A DNA stretch of 63,549 nt, filler included, from Octopus bimaculoides (GCF_001194135.2; 6 parts of 5 records of this genome joined end to end with filler, not necessarily neighbours in it), one strand, 5' to 3'; counted from the first letter of the whole stretch, positions 26,306-39,572 are shown. Notes: generated from the letters alone by a model not told the origin. Translations and numbers: made by a program.

Positions 26306-27178
26306 TCGTTTCAGCTATTGGACCGTGGCCAAGCTGGGGCACCACCTTGAATGATTTTAGTCGAATGAATCCTGTGCCTTTTATCTCTTTAAGCTTGGAT
26401 CTTAATTCATTGGTCTATAATGCCGAACCGCTATGTTATGTATGTATATATATGTACGTATATCTAGGTATGTGTGTGTATACACATAGACACATGGACG
26501 GTCAATGGATATTCATTTCAGCTCAAGGCAGAAGGCCCAAAATTTTGGGGGAGGGTGGGGTCAGTCGATTAGATCGACCCCAGTACGCAACTGGTACTTA
26601 ACTTATCGACCTCGAAAGGAATTTGAACTCAGAACGTAAAGACGGACGAAATGGTCAATAAATATTGAATTAACATGATCCCATTCCCTCTCACATATAT
26701 AAGGGAAAAGAGAGGGAGAAGAGGAAGAAGAAGATGAAGAAGAAGAAGAAGAAGGGGCACATACACACACATACACACACACACACGCACACAAACACAC
26801 GCGCGCACACACATACACACACAAGTAATAACGTTGAAGAAGTCTGTATGTACAATTGTAGCAAAATCAAGTTATTATAATAATTGTTTATCTTAAAACT
26901 ACCACCACCACCACCACCACCACTACTACTACTACTTGATTAAATAAACATGTTACCATTTTAATTAACGTAGTTGGTAATAATTGCACCTTTTATCGCC
27001 GCCTTCTGTCTTTGGAGATTGGAACATCGACTGATACAAACAGGTGTGTGTGTTTGTGGAGATGCATGCATACAATCACAGGTACGCTTACAGGAGCACG
27101 CTAGTGTACACGCGCACACACATCTATATATACTCACACACACACGCATACATAAATGTACATATATATATATATATA

Positions 27179-27278
27179 NNNNNNNNNNNNNNNNNNNNNN
27201 NNNNNNNNNNNNNNNNNNNNNNTTAATTAATTAANNNNNNNNNNNNNNNNNNNNNNNNNNNNNNNNNNNNNNNNNNNN
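27179..27278. other. Artificial 100-bp gap pad (44N + TTAATTAATTAA + 44N)
   Basis: The identical layout occurs at 32369-32468, 48322-48421, 54152-54251 and 61802-61901. Confidence 0.95.
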
Positions 27279-27316
27279 TGGATCCAACTTGTACAAATGC
27301 AAAACAAAAGTCAAAC

Positions 27317-27379
<63 letters not shown>

Positions 27380-29886
27380 GCTACATGAACTTCTGCGATA
27401 CGCTGAGTGGGATGAGAGAGTGAGAAAGAAAGAGAAAGACAGAAAGCGTAATGGAGAAGATAATATTCAAAGAGAGATAACGCACATCAAGTTAGCAGGA
27501 TTGAAAGATTCGGAGAAAGAAATATGGGAACGGAGAATTCCTACTACTTTGATTAATAATTCCATGCAGCATCAAAACATAATTCTAAAGGGAGATTATT
27601 GATGACTCATATATAATCAGAAAATAAATATTTGAGAGGATTTTTGTTAAGTAGTAGATGATAAAGAGAATATATCTGTGTAAAATACCATTGGCGCGTA
27701 TATATGTATATGTGTGAGTGTGTATGTGCGCCTTTGTCTGTATGTGTGTCTGTCTGTGTGTGCGTATGTGCGTATGTGCGCCTGCATGCATACGTATGTG
27801 CGTATGCATGTATGCAGATATTTATGCATATGTACAATGTATGTGAATTTATATTCATATATATACATTAATTCATACCCATACAAATATCCAAATATCT
27901 ATGTACACATACGTACATTCTTTTATACATAAATATACGAATTTATACAAACATACATATGTATACACATATGCATATGAAATACTGACTTGATAAACAG
28001 TTTGTGATTGACAAATCAATGAAAAGTTATCTCATCTTAACCGATATATGCTCTACTGGAGATATATATGTGTAATCCGAAGTGTATAACATAGGGAAGT
28101 AAGAAATTCAAGTCCGATTATAAATATGAATAAGTTTAATTTTTATACTAAATACATGAAAGAAGAGATATACATAGTACGAATAATGAAAAGAGAATTA
28201 TCGTCTTCGTCTTCTTGAAGTATCATATCATTGATCTATTTCTGTTATTTCTTCTTTGGAATTACAATGATGGTTTTACGGAAAATCAGCCAGAAATTAT
28301 ATGTAGAGAATTTGTGATGAATATCAAAGCATTTGTGATAAATGTCAGTAGATTTCTCTGTGAATTCAAACGGTCTCCAAACTCTTTCATGGAAAATTTG
28401 TATTGAGATATATGTTCTCCGGTAAATATTTTCAAATGTCTATCTTGTCGATACAATAAGAAAGATATATTGTGGATGTCTAGCTGAAAGGTGTCCTGTC
28501 ATAGCCATCAGTTTTGTTTCACAGAAACAATCTCACAATGTACACAACTTGCTACAAATGCACACAAACACAAACACATACATAAATACATACACACACG
28601 CACACATACATATACACACACACGCGTAGTACGTACATACATACATACATACACACATACATGCATACATATGAGCACACCTGCACACAACTATCTTGCG
28701 CGCATACTTAATGAATATTTTTGCGCTCTTAATATTTACAGCCCACTGATTATTAACGATACACTACATATGCACGGTATTTACTTAAAGTACTGATCTC
28801 TTTATAACTACATAATCTTCTCTCCAAAATATACTCCTCCATGTTTTGACAGGAATATTTGAAGAAAGCTTAAGATGATAACATAGAATGTAATCCGTTT
28901 AGGCTATTCGCAATTCTTTAATTTCATTCTTTTAGCTAGCGTTACAAATAATAAATGTGAATAAGTGTATCACTGGAAAAGAAACGTTTTTAATATATAC
29001 AGAATTAAATCAGTATATGAATGGAAGAAAACAAGAGTTAAGAGAAACTTGAATCTAGAAAGCGAAGACATTTAACTAAAGAATGAGTGCTAGATTTTAC
29101 GAATAAAAGAAACTAGGAATTGTAGCAGTCGATAAAATTATATTTTCACTGTTTACTGAACAAATGGAATTGTAGTTTTGAAACCAGAAAAGCAATAGTT
29201 TGTATATATTATTGAATGACATGTAAGTTCATATTCTATGTATGTTTTTCAATGTTAACACACACACACACGCACGCATGCACGCACACACGCGCACACA
29301 CACACACGCACACACACACATATATATGTATATAGATAGATATCTTTTACTGGTTTCATTCAAAGGGTGGAGGCATACTGGAGCATCACCTTTCAATGTT
29401 TTGGAGTATCATTTCGGTACTGCTTTTGGCGGAGAAGCAGCTTCAAAGAAGCTTCTCATCTTTGTGCCTCCTGACACGATGTTGGCTCATCTGGGATTGC
29501 AGATAGAATTTGTCCGGATGCTCTTCGAACGTTTCCAATTCTACACGTTGTGAATCTCGTAGGTTCTTTGGCAGGATGTTAAACATTTAATGTCCCCTGA
29601 AATGCAAGCTGTTGAAATACTGTGTCCTTATCTGAGATGAAGACGGCATCTTTGATATTAGCAGTACCATCTACTTCGGTGGTTGGTATAACCATTTAAT
29701 TCCAAAGATGGGAACTTGACCTTCCAGAATCATCCATATTTACAGATTTTTATTAATGTCACATTAAATAAAGCGCTTTTCACCTAATAAAAATCTGTAA
29801 ATGTACAAACATCCAGATTTCTGAGTACCTAAATTTTTTTCTATATATATATACATGTGTAACTATATAATATAAGTATACATGTG

Positions 29887-29918
<32 letters not shown>

Positions 29919-29941
29919 GGTGTGTGTGTGTGTGTGTGTGC

Positions 29942-29977
<36 letters not shown>

Positions 29978-31002
29978 ATAGATGTATCTATGTGTGTCTT
30001 TGTGCATTAGCACATGGATTAAATGAAGTAAACAGAGCAGGAGGAGACACATAGTATGGAAGATTGCTGAAAAGATCACAGGTATGTGGCGAAAATATTT
30101 TCGGACAATGGAGAACAATAAAAAATTAAGACCGAACATATAGTGCGTGTGTTTTTTTGGCAACAAAAACTTACCATCCCCCAAAAATAATGATATATAT
30201 ATAGAAACTTACACACACCAGTAATTCCTATATTGATGGCTCATAGGATTTAGGTAAGTTACAGACATCTTGTTATATATCTGCAAAGTGAACCCAGATG
30301 TTAATATGTTACTTATTATAAGCAGTTCCTAATAGTGACTAATTCTTTTATATACAGTGCACCTATATGCTGTTATATAGGGTGCACCTATGTTTCCTAA
30401 TACAAAGATATATAAACTCGCACATACACATTCACGCATAGACGCAAATATCTATTGCTTTGCGAATTATTGCTACACTGTTCATGCCAGTAATTTAACT
30501 AACAGTATGAGAAACGAGTAAAAAATCCCTGTCACATTTGAATAAAAGTGAAGAAGAAGCAATATAAAAAGAAATTGAAAGGAAACGAAACGTGAATTAT
30601 AACAATATATTTCTATTATTTAAAACAGACCCATTAATTTGCTCGCGGTATTCTTTGGAGATTGATTTTTATTTGCAAAACGCTTTTGTTTGTTTATATT
30701 ATTTCGAACTAATTTCTTTATTTAATTTGAAAAAATATTCTTTTAGTTGCAGAAATATACAATTTAATTAAATTAAAGAGTAAAGAATAGTTAAGAAAAC
30801 ATAAACAAAATATAGTGAAGTATATTTATGTATGTATATATGTATGTATGTAAATGTGTGTGTGTATGTATATATACTCATATATATCTTTAATTTTGAT
30901 ATTAGACGTATCACTAATGAAAACTATATATATAAATAATTTCTCCGCGTTGCTTTCTATAGAATAATTATAAAGTATATGTGTCTGTATCTGTGAATAC
31001 GT

Positions 31003-31076
31003 CGATAGGTGTCATTGTGTATGTATATGTTCTTCTTTACGATAGGTGTCATTGTGTATGTATATGTTCTTCTTTA
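31003..31076. repeat. Perfect 37-bp tandem duplication
   Basis: cgataggtgtcattgtgtatgtatatgttcttcttta occurs twice. Confidence 0.9.
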
Positions 31077-32334
31077 TGCCTATACATTTGTGTGTAATAT
31101 TTCAAGTAAGAATGATGAACTAAATTTTTGGAGGAATTGTTTTGATTTCCCTGAAGTTAACATAATCAATTACCTTCGAGCAAATATTTATGATGATAAA
31201 TATACTTGAAATTGGAGATTATACTTATCTAATGTAATATTCCATTAGAGATATAGACATACGCCTACGGAAAATGCAATGACATTAGTTGGAATTTTGA
31301 AAAATATTGAAGAATTCTAGCTTATTTTTCTGAGCTTCAGTATATCAGGAACACGGATTTGAACAAAGATATCTCAATAAATATATCTATTATTTGAATA
31401 AGTATGTATTCCCGAAATACACAGCTCATTCAGGCATGCCATACGCTACACGAAAGAAGTAAAAACACACAAGTGCCACATACTGTGCCCGACGTTGTTG
31501 TCGCGAGTATAAACTATGATTAATATTGTCTTTAGTCTATCCTTTTCCAAGTAATGAAATGTTACATGAGTTGTGATACTGTATATTTGAGCATCAAACG
31601 CATTCGCCCTCGTTGGAATTATATTTATTATAAAAGCACTCAGTCAAAACAAACCACAGACCTGACACACCTCAATTTTTCTGTTTCACTGCGTTGCATC
31701 AATCTCATTTTGATTCCCTCAAACATAAACTGAAATAGCAAACTGTGTACTCTTTCTTCCGTGCAAATTACTCTTTCTCCTCAGCAAGTTACAAAAATTG
31801 AAATAGTAGTGAAATCATATCACTGCGATGAGTGTCACACTAAATAATTGGGTTTACTAATAATGTATTTTCAAATTAATTCAAAGTTACGTACTTACAG
31901 AGCATGTTTGTAGCACATTGATATTATTTTCATAATTTACTGGTACGTTTTTCTCTGAATAGCTTACTTTTTAATAAAGATAATCGTTATTGAGGTTGCC
32001 TATAAAGTAATTATCAAATTTGTAATTATGGCAGCGTGCTTCCCAAATTTCTTATTGTTGGTTATGTTCTCAGATCTAATTTCGCTGGGTTTCACTTTGA
32101 TTTCTATCGTGTCAGGATCGATAAGATAGGTACTACAACCAATGTAATCGAATTCCTACCTGCCCTAATGTTCCTGACTCCGTTATAAAAGTTAGAAAGA
32201 TCCAGCAAGCTTTGTTCCCAACTACATCGACACCGCGGGTTCAGTCCCACTGCGTAGCACCTTGGGCAATTCTAGTCTACTATCGATCAAAGCCTTGTGA
32301 CTGGATTTGATAGACGAAACTGAAAGAAACTTGT

Positions 32335-32368
<34 letters not shown>

Positions 32369-32489
32369 NNNNNNNNNNNNNNNNNNNNNNNNNNNNNNNN
32401 NNNNNNNNNNNNTTAATTAATTAANNNNNNNNNNNNNNNNNNNNNNNNNNNNNNNNNNNNNNNNNNNNTATATATATATGCTTTTATTT

Positions 32490-32690
32490 TATTATGCGCC
32501 CTTTTAAAGCCTAGCCAGGCTCATGGTTTCCCGGTTTCTATGGCGTTTGTGCCCCCCTCCCAGCTGGACGGGACGCCAGTCTATCGCAGCGTTACTCAAG
32601 AAACAGGAAGAAAGAGTGAGAGAAAGTTGGGACGAAAGAGTACAACAGGGGTCGCCACTGCCAGAACCTCGTGGAGCTTTAGGTGTTTTC
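32490..32690 (-). mobile_element. SINE family C, 3' part
   Basis: The reverse complement shares aagctccac.aggct and ctttctctcac.ctttc with 25570-25660. Confidence 0.65.
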
Positions 32691-32908
32691 TATATTCGCT
32701 CTTAAATATAGAACTATAAGATCCACAAAGATCAGAACTTAATTACAGCTCTTAGTGGTCCAAATCAGATATGTAGTTTATGTGGGTTTGTTTTCAATAC
32801 GTTGTCTGGTTTAAAAATCCACATCAAACGCCATGATGGACCTAAGGTGTAAGTACAAGAAGTGGTCAAACTCTGCATAAGGAGTAGACAACCGCCATAT
32901 ATATATAT

Positions 32909-32946
<38 letters not shown>

Positions 32947-35544
32947 ACTAAAGAAGACACCAATGTGGCTGGAGTTTCTCTGTGTATATATACCACAAGA
33001 GAGAGGAGGACGGAGAAGAAGCGAGACAGCTAACACGCCGATTTTGAGCACAAGATGTTCGATCAATTTGGCAACTCATGCTCATGTGGTGGAACACTCT
33101 ATAGTCACCTGTACCATCAATACAATTCTCACGTAGAATAAGAATAACACAAATGCAGCAAGGCTGTGCAGTTCATCCGATGAGCTTCTGCACAGCTCCA
33201 TATATCCAAACTCACTCGGAAGCTTGATACGACTTTGACGTAATGGAATCGAACACGAAATGTCATGCAAACACTCGCGCACGGACGTACGCACGCACGC
33301 GCGCACCCAACCACATACCCCCCACACATACATACACGCATGGAGATATAAAATTGTAAAATCTACACTATTATGTTTTATAAGTCAATCAACTTCTTTA
33401 ATGTACATAGGTTATTAATTATTTTTACTTGAATGGAATGAATTATAAATTATTTATGTGTGTGCGCACGCGCGTGTGCGTGCGTGCGTGCGTGTGCATG
33501 TGTATGTGCGAGTGTATTGATCATACTTTGTGTAAGTGTCGAAACGGTTCTAAAATATTACCCATAGGTTTGCTACAGGACTATTTCACTTCACTCAACC
33601 CTGACGTGCCCATGTTATCCCGGGGCATCTCCCTCGCTCTCCTCCAGAGCAACGCCTTTTCCATTTTGTCTGTTGGTGCCATGAGAAATGTTTCCATATT
33701 GTGAGAGGCAAGATTCTCCGTTAATCCCAACAGATTAGGTTAAACACGCAAAAAAAGTCATATATTATTAATAGAGTCTTCTAAGCACATCCTAATTATA
33801 TTTTTAGTTCCCAAAGTCCTTTTCAATCACTGCTCCAGAACTACTCTTAGTGCTCTTTTCACTACAGGATCTTCGCACCACATGGAAGATTTTAACCCCA
33901 AACTTACTTCTCAGAAAGATGGAGTCGAGTATTTTTCTTTAGACTGTAATGACTCAATTCCTCTATAGTTTCTGCAGCAATGCTAAGTGGATGATAAATA
34001 GATCTTCCTTGGAATAGAATGGTAGAATATTGCATTACGCCCTTCCAGCAGTCGGATTTGAATGCAAAACTACAAACTATTGAAATACAGTACTGCTAAT
34101 TCTAACCAGGTGTCGCGAGTGGTGAAAAACACCACATGATATTGTTAGTTACAGACGCGTGGGCACAGATTAGCAATAAAAACAAACAACGCAGCATCTG
34201 TGGTATTGTGTACCCTTGGCTTCGTAGGTGATTGATTAGTTTTCTATGGATTCTATCATCTACTCTCTCTCTCTCTCTCCTTTAGTGGCTATGAGGTCAT
34301 CAAAGAGATGGATAAAAGAAATGAAATTTATCCAATAAATTATTATAGATATCAGAGAAAGTCGCAAATGTCACGAAATATATTTTTCACTCTCCTATAC
34401 AAAAATATGAAGCATTTCGTTTGTAAGAAATCAATATTTATCCTGGCATTTTGTTGTTACTGAGATCCACTCCATGAGTAGATCCGTGATCAAAATGTTC
34501 TCGTTATAACCATCTATCTTCTTATCAAAACAGTGTTTTCAGATCTACATTATCTATATCATTCTTGTTTTTAAGAGAATAGAGTGAGAACTGGGGGTAT
34601 TTGGTTACTATTTTTAGAAGGTCAAGTGACCGATTAAAGGTTCCCACATTAGCTTATGGATACTGCCTCGTTAGCTCGCGTAGAGGCTCCCTCTCTATTT
34701 TGTTTACTGGTATTATAAATTAGTAAGTTCCTAACAATTCGAGTTCACGAGCCGGTTTTATTCAATTTCTGGTTTATGCTATTTTGTTTCGTATAAACTG
34801 TTACTGTTTTTGGGAAAGGTGTGAACATCTCATAATCATGTTATAAATATGAAGCATTATAAATGTGTTAGAAACAAACATTAATCGCACCGAGTAAGAT
34901 AATATTTGACAGGCAACACATAAACAATTCATCCAAAGAAGTATGTGTTTTTAATGATGTTATATGTTGCTTAGTATGTAATTTCATATAAATGAAAATA
35001 CTTATATCGCCAGCAGAGTTGGTCAGTGTAAATAATGTGTTTGCATCGATATATTTGAAATGGTATTAAATTGAAACTGCAATTGTGTGCAATAACACGA
35101 AATCAGATTCACACACACAGAAAACGTACACATACTGAATCATATGCACAAAAACTGCGTGCTGATAGTCTCATACATACACATTATGCACAATGCACAC
35201 ACATGTGCTCATCCAAAAATTTACATACATGCGTTCATACATATACACATACAAATAAATGAATATAAATGTAAATGTACTTATAAACACAAGCATATGG
35301 CAATAAAAGATATTGCGATTTAGATTTTTATAAAGAATGTAGCCCCATATAATCACCCTCAACTGTGAGCATGTGTGTACAGATGAGGGTAGTTATGTAC
35401 ACATAAATATGCATTTAAGCGTGTACACACGCTCAAATACATATTTTCCTATATACTCGTATGGCGTATGTGTGTGGGGGGTGCGTGCGTGTGTGTGATT
35501 AATGATAAAGACGGAAGATGGAAAATACATGAATGTTTATTGGT

Positions 35545-35646
35545 CACTACAATTGTTTCGACCCATCTAACATCGATCCCTCACGGATGCGATACTTGAT
35601 AGCTGGTTTAGGTGTATCCGTCAGTGTAGATGTGTCTCCTCAGGTG
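35545..35646 (-). ncRNA. Type-I hammerhead ribozyme with long helix II insertion, complete core
   Basis: Minus strand reads CAC-CUGAGGA-GAC a CAUCUA...UAGAUG g GUC-GAAA-CAAUUG-UA|GUG. It has a G10.1-C11.1 pair, palindromic helix III ACAAUUGU and an inner ACGGAU/AUCCGU helix. Helix I is only 3 bp. Confidence 0.78.
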
Positions 35647-35798
35647 GTTACATGATGTATCTCGTTAAAAAAACGTCTGTCCCACAAGATTTCTTCACAG
35701 TATTTGAATGCAAAAGCAGCAAATTATTACAGCTTGAATAAAAGATCAAGATTACAACTTGATTAGAAGATCAATAAGAAATATCATATGCAATGTGT

Positions 35799-35840
<42 letters not shown>

Positions 35841-36837
35841 ATGTGTATATATATATATATATATATATANNNNNNNNNNNNNNNNNNNNNNNNNNNNNNN
35901 NNNNNNNNNNNNNNNNNNNNNNNNNNNNNNNNNNNNNNNNNNNNNNNNNNNNNNNNNNNNNNNNNNNNNNNNNNNNNNNNNNNNNNNNNNNNNNNNNNNN
36001 NNNNNNNNNNNNNNNNNNNNNNNNNNNNNNNNNNNNNNNNNNNNNNNNNNNNNNNNNNNNNNNNNNNNNNNNNNNNNNNNNNNNNNNNNNNNNNNNNNNN
36101 NNNNNNNNNNNNNNNNNNNNNNNNNNNNNNNNNNNNNNNNNNNNNNNNNNNNNNNNNNNNNNNNNNNNNNNNNNNNNNNNNNNNNNNNNNNNNNNNNNNN
36201 NNNNNNNNNNNNNNNNNNNNNNNNNNNNNNNNNNNNNNNNNNNNNNNNNNNNNNNNNNNNNNNNNNNNNNNNNNNNNNNNNNNNNNNNNNNNNNNNNNNN
36301 NNNNNNNNNNNNNNNNNNNNNNNNNNNNNNNNNNNNNNNNNNNNNNNNNNNNNNNNNNNNNNNNNNNNNNNNNNNNNNNNNNNNNNNNNNNNNNNNNNNN
36401 NNNNNNNNNNNNNNNNNNNNNNNNNNNNNNNNNNNNNNNNNNNNNNNNNNNNNNNNNNNNNNNNNNNNNNNNNNNNNNNNNNNNNNNNNNNNNNNNNNNN
36501 NNNNNNNNNNNNNNNNNNNNNNNNNNNNNNNNNNNNNNNNNNNNNNNNNNNNNNNNNNNNNNNNNNNNNNNNNNNNNNNNNNNNNNNNNNNNNNNNNNNN
36601 NNNNNNNNNNNNNNNNNNNNNNNNNNNNNNNNNNNNNNNNNNNNNNNNNNNNNNNNNNNNNNNNNNNNNNNNNNNNNNNNNNNNNNNNNNNNNNNNNNNN
36701 NNNNNNNNNNNNNNNNNNNNNNNNNNNNNNNNNNNNNNNNNNNNNNNNNNNNNNNNNNNNNNNNNNNNNNNNNNNNNNNNNNNNNNNNNNNNNNNNNNNN
36801 NNNNNNNNNNNNNNNNNNNNNNNNNNNNNNNNNNNNN

Positions 36838-37070
36838 CGAGAGGGGTAAAGCGAGATACGTAGTAGTAAAGAAGAAGAACGAGGGGAAGAGAGAGAGTGG
36901 TAGAGGGAGAAACAAAGGGAGGAAGTAGAAGAATAGGTGAGCAACGAAAGGAAAAGAGAAAGAGAGGAAGTACGAGGGGGAAAAAAGAGATACGTAGTAG
37001 TAACAGAGGAAGAACGAGAGGGGTAAAGCGAGATACGTAGTAGTAAAGAGGAAGAACGAGAGGGGGAAAA
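36838..37070. repeat. Purine-rich ~42-bp repeat (agcgagatacgtagtagtaaagaggaagaacgagagggg)
   Basis: Three visible copies abut a gap, which probably hides more. Confidence 0.7.
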
Positions 37071-37214
37071 TGATAGAGAAAGAGAAAGAGAAAGAGAAAG
37101 AGATACAGTAGCGTCGGAAAATATGAAGTTACGAAAACTACTTATATGTATATATACGTACAGGTATGTGCATACCGACATCCACCTGTATGTATAGGTG
37201 CATATATATATATA

Positions 37215-37693
37215 TATTTATGTGGAGAATGGAGCAACAAATACAAGAAAAAGCATTATTGTTGGACTAGATAGCCGTTGTTTTATTACGTGGAACTTGT
37301 GTAATGAGTCAATGTGGAGGTTGAGGTTATGTAATGAGTCATTTTGTATATTATGCAATAGTCATTTACGTACGTTTCGATCAAGCCAGTGGTTTGGCAG
37401 ATCTCATCAGAATGTTGACGGGTATATTCAAAGTTTGTGGTGTGCGAAATTTAGGAGAAGTAATTAGTGGGTGTAATATGTGGTGGTGGAATAGTGGTGA
37501 TAGGTAAATAGAGCCTTACGTTTTAATTGGAAACGTACGTAAATGACTATTGCATAATATACAAAATGACTCATTACATAACCTCAACCTCCACATTGAC
37601 TCATTACACAAGTTCCACGTAATAAAACAACGGCTATCTAGTCCAACAATAATGCTTTTTCTTGTATTTGTTGCTCCATTCTCCACATAAATA
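37215..37693. repeat. Perfect 164-bp inverted repeat with 151-bp spacer (probable Penelope-type terminal repeat with inverted partial copy)
   Basis: 37215-37378 is the exact reverse complement of 37530-37693, checked base by base. The spacer holds the 5' half of the hammerhead. Confidence 0.9.
37363..37414 (-). ncRNA. Minimal type-I hammerhead ribozyme, complete core
   Basis: Minus strand reads CAUU-CUGAUGA-GAUC(u GCCA aaccac UGGC uu)GAUC-GAAA-CGUACG-UA|AAUG. Helix I is 4 bp, helix II 4+4 bp, helix III is the palindrome ACGUACGU, and the cleavage triplet is GUA. Confidence 0.85.
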
Positions 37694-37873
37694 CATAAAC
37701 TACGGTTTAAGCAATAAATTACCTGCCTCTGGATGCCCTCTTCCCAAGACGGTACCCATACAGGTGATCCCCAGGATCCCTTGGATGCTTCAGACTACCC
37801 CTGAAGGATCGAGGCAAACCTATCACTTACCTANNNNNNNNNNNNNNNNNNNNNNNNNNNNNNNNNNNNNNNN

Positions 37874-37909
<36 letters not shown>

Positions 37910-39199
37910 TCTCACACGCACACACATTTAAATGTTACTGAATCATTGTTGATTGTCTCTTTAAATTATTCTTAAATTTTACCTTGAGTTCTTTTTAATA
38001 CTGTTTAATATAACAAAAGAAAATCAGACCAACTAATACTAGATTTTAAATTGGTTAATATTAAAATATTAAAATTGACAATTCTGTATCCCTTTATAAA
38101 TATTGTGTTTATGCACAAGACACTCACTTCTTATAGGTTCAGTTTACATAAATTGGGATTAGATATCACAAGTTCTGAAATGAAAACAGCTGAAATAAAG
38201 CCAAAAAGAATTTTTTTAAATATTGCCATGGTCTTCTTGAATCGAAATTCTGAATTAATTTCCCCTAGCTTCCACTTATATTCCTAAGTGGTCATTACGT
38301 GGTCCGGAACCTACTGATGTGAGAATAGAAGATGATACAAATATTTTTAAATGTAGATAGGTAGTTTCGAATAAATTTAAACTCTAAATTCAAAATCCAC
38401 ATTACTAATGAGCCAGTTCTTCAGTCATTATATAAGTTAATGGTGAGATAATGGTTTCGATGGCCCATAATCCATTACCTATGCTTTAATGTTTTTATGA
38501 CTAAGACACTTAACTCATACTGAATTAGTCTACCAAGCTATCAATAGGCCGAGAATAAATATATCTGATTGCTGTAAGCAGGCCGAGTACTATTTAATAA
38601 ATGAGCGTTGTGTTAACTTAAGGTTGCATGAGATCGTGGTTATACTGTGACCATGTTTAATCAAATTCCTCACCACTGTCCCAAAATCCAATCGACGTGA
38701 ATTGATACAAGGTAAGTCTATATAGTTTTGAGAATTCGATTGTAAACGATAGTATACTTGAAATGAAGATACATAAAAGATGAATAATTTTCCTTCAGTT
38801 CAGTATTATTACCATCAGCACTATTGCGTCACTACTGCGTCGACGGATAAATGTGTGCCACATATGAAACAATGGTGTTTTCTGTTAATTCGCTTCTAGC
38901 CTTCCTTTAAAAGAGTTAAGTTTCATTGAATACTACAGTTTTATTTTTGTACGGCGGAATATAAAGAAACCAACCATCCCCACCTACCATTTCCAGTATA
39001 TTTACTTTTTATTAGCAGACAGTTTTAAATTTTCACTTCGTATATTTTATAGGTTGCAAGTTGTTGAAGCAATCTATTCATTTTAGTCGAAAACATTAAT
39101 ATAGGTTGTTAACATCGTAAATAGCGGCTACTTAAAGTAAAGAAATAATACAGAGCAATACAAGAAGTTCCATATACAAAGAATATGATATTGATTTAT

Positions 39200-39518
39200 G
39201 GTGATAAGGAACAAAGTTCCGCTTTTCTGTGACATCAACATATTTCTCTGTGATGTGTGATGTAAAAAAAAAGTTAAAAGACTTCGATGTTGGACCATAA
39301 ATATAACCCAATAAAAGTAGGGGATGTCACCACTAATTAACCGATATTCGACTTACTGTGGTAAATCCTTATCTGAAAGTAGCGAATCAACTAGACACAA
39401 ACGTATACATAAAGAAGAGAAGCGATATCAGTGTGATATCTGTGGTAAATCATTCTCTGAGAGTAATCGATTTGATTCACACAAACATATTATTAAGAAT
39501 CTGGTTTTCTTAGCCTGA
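39200..39518 (+). pseudogene. Degenerate C2H2 zinc-finger array fragment
   Basis: CGKSLSESSESTRHKRIHKEEKRYQCDICGKSFSESNRFDSHKHII has a TGEKPY-like linker. The first finger lacks Cys1 and the second lacks His2. Upstream CDI/CDV remnants are broken by stops. Confidence 0.75.
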
Positions 39519-39572
39519 GGACGATGTTGTCTATTTCCCTTCGCAATATTTATGTTTAATTACACAAATATA

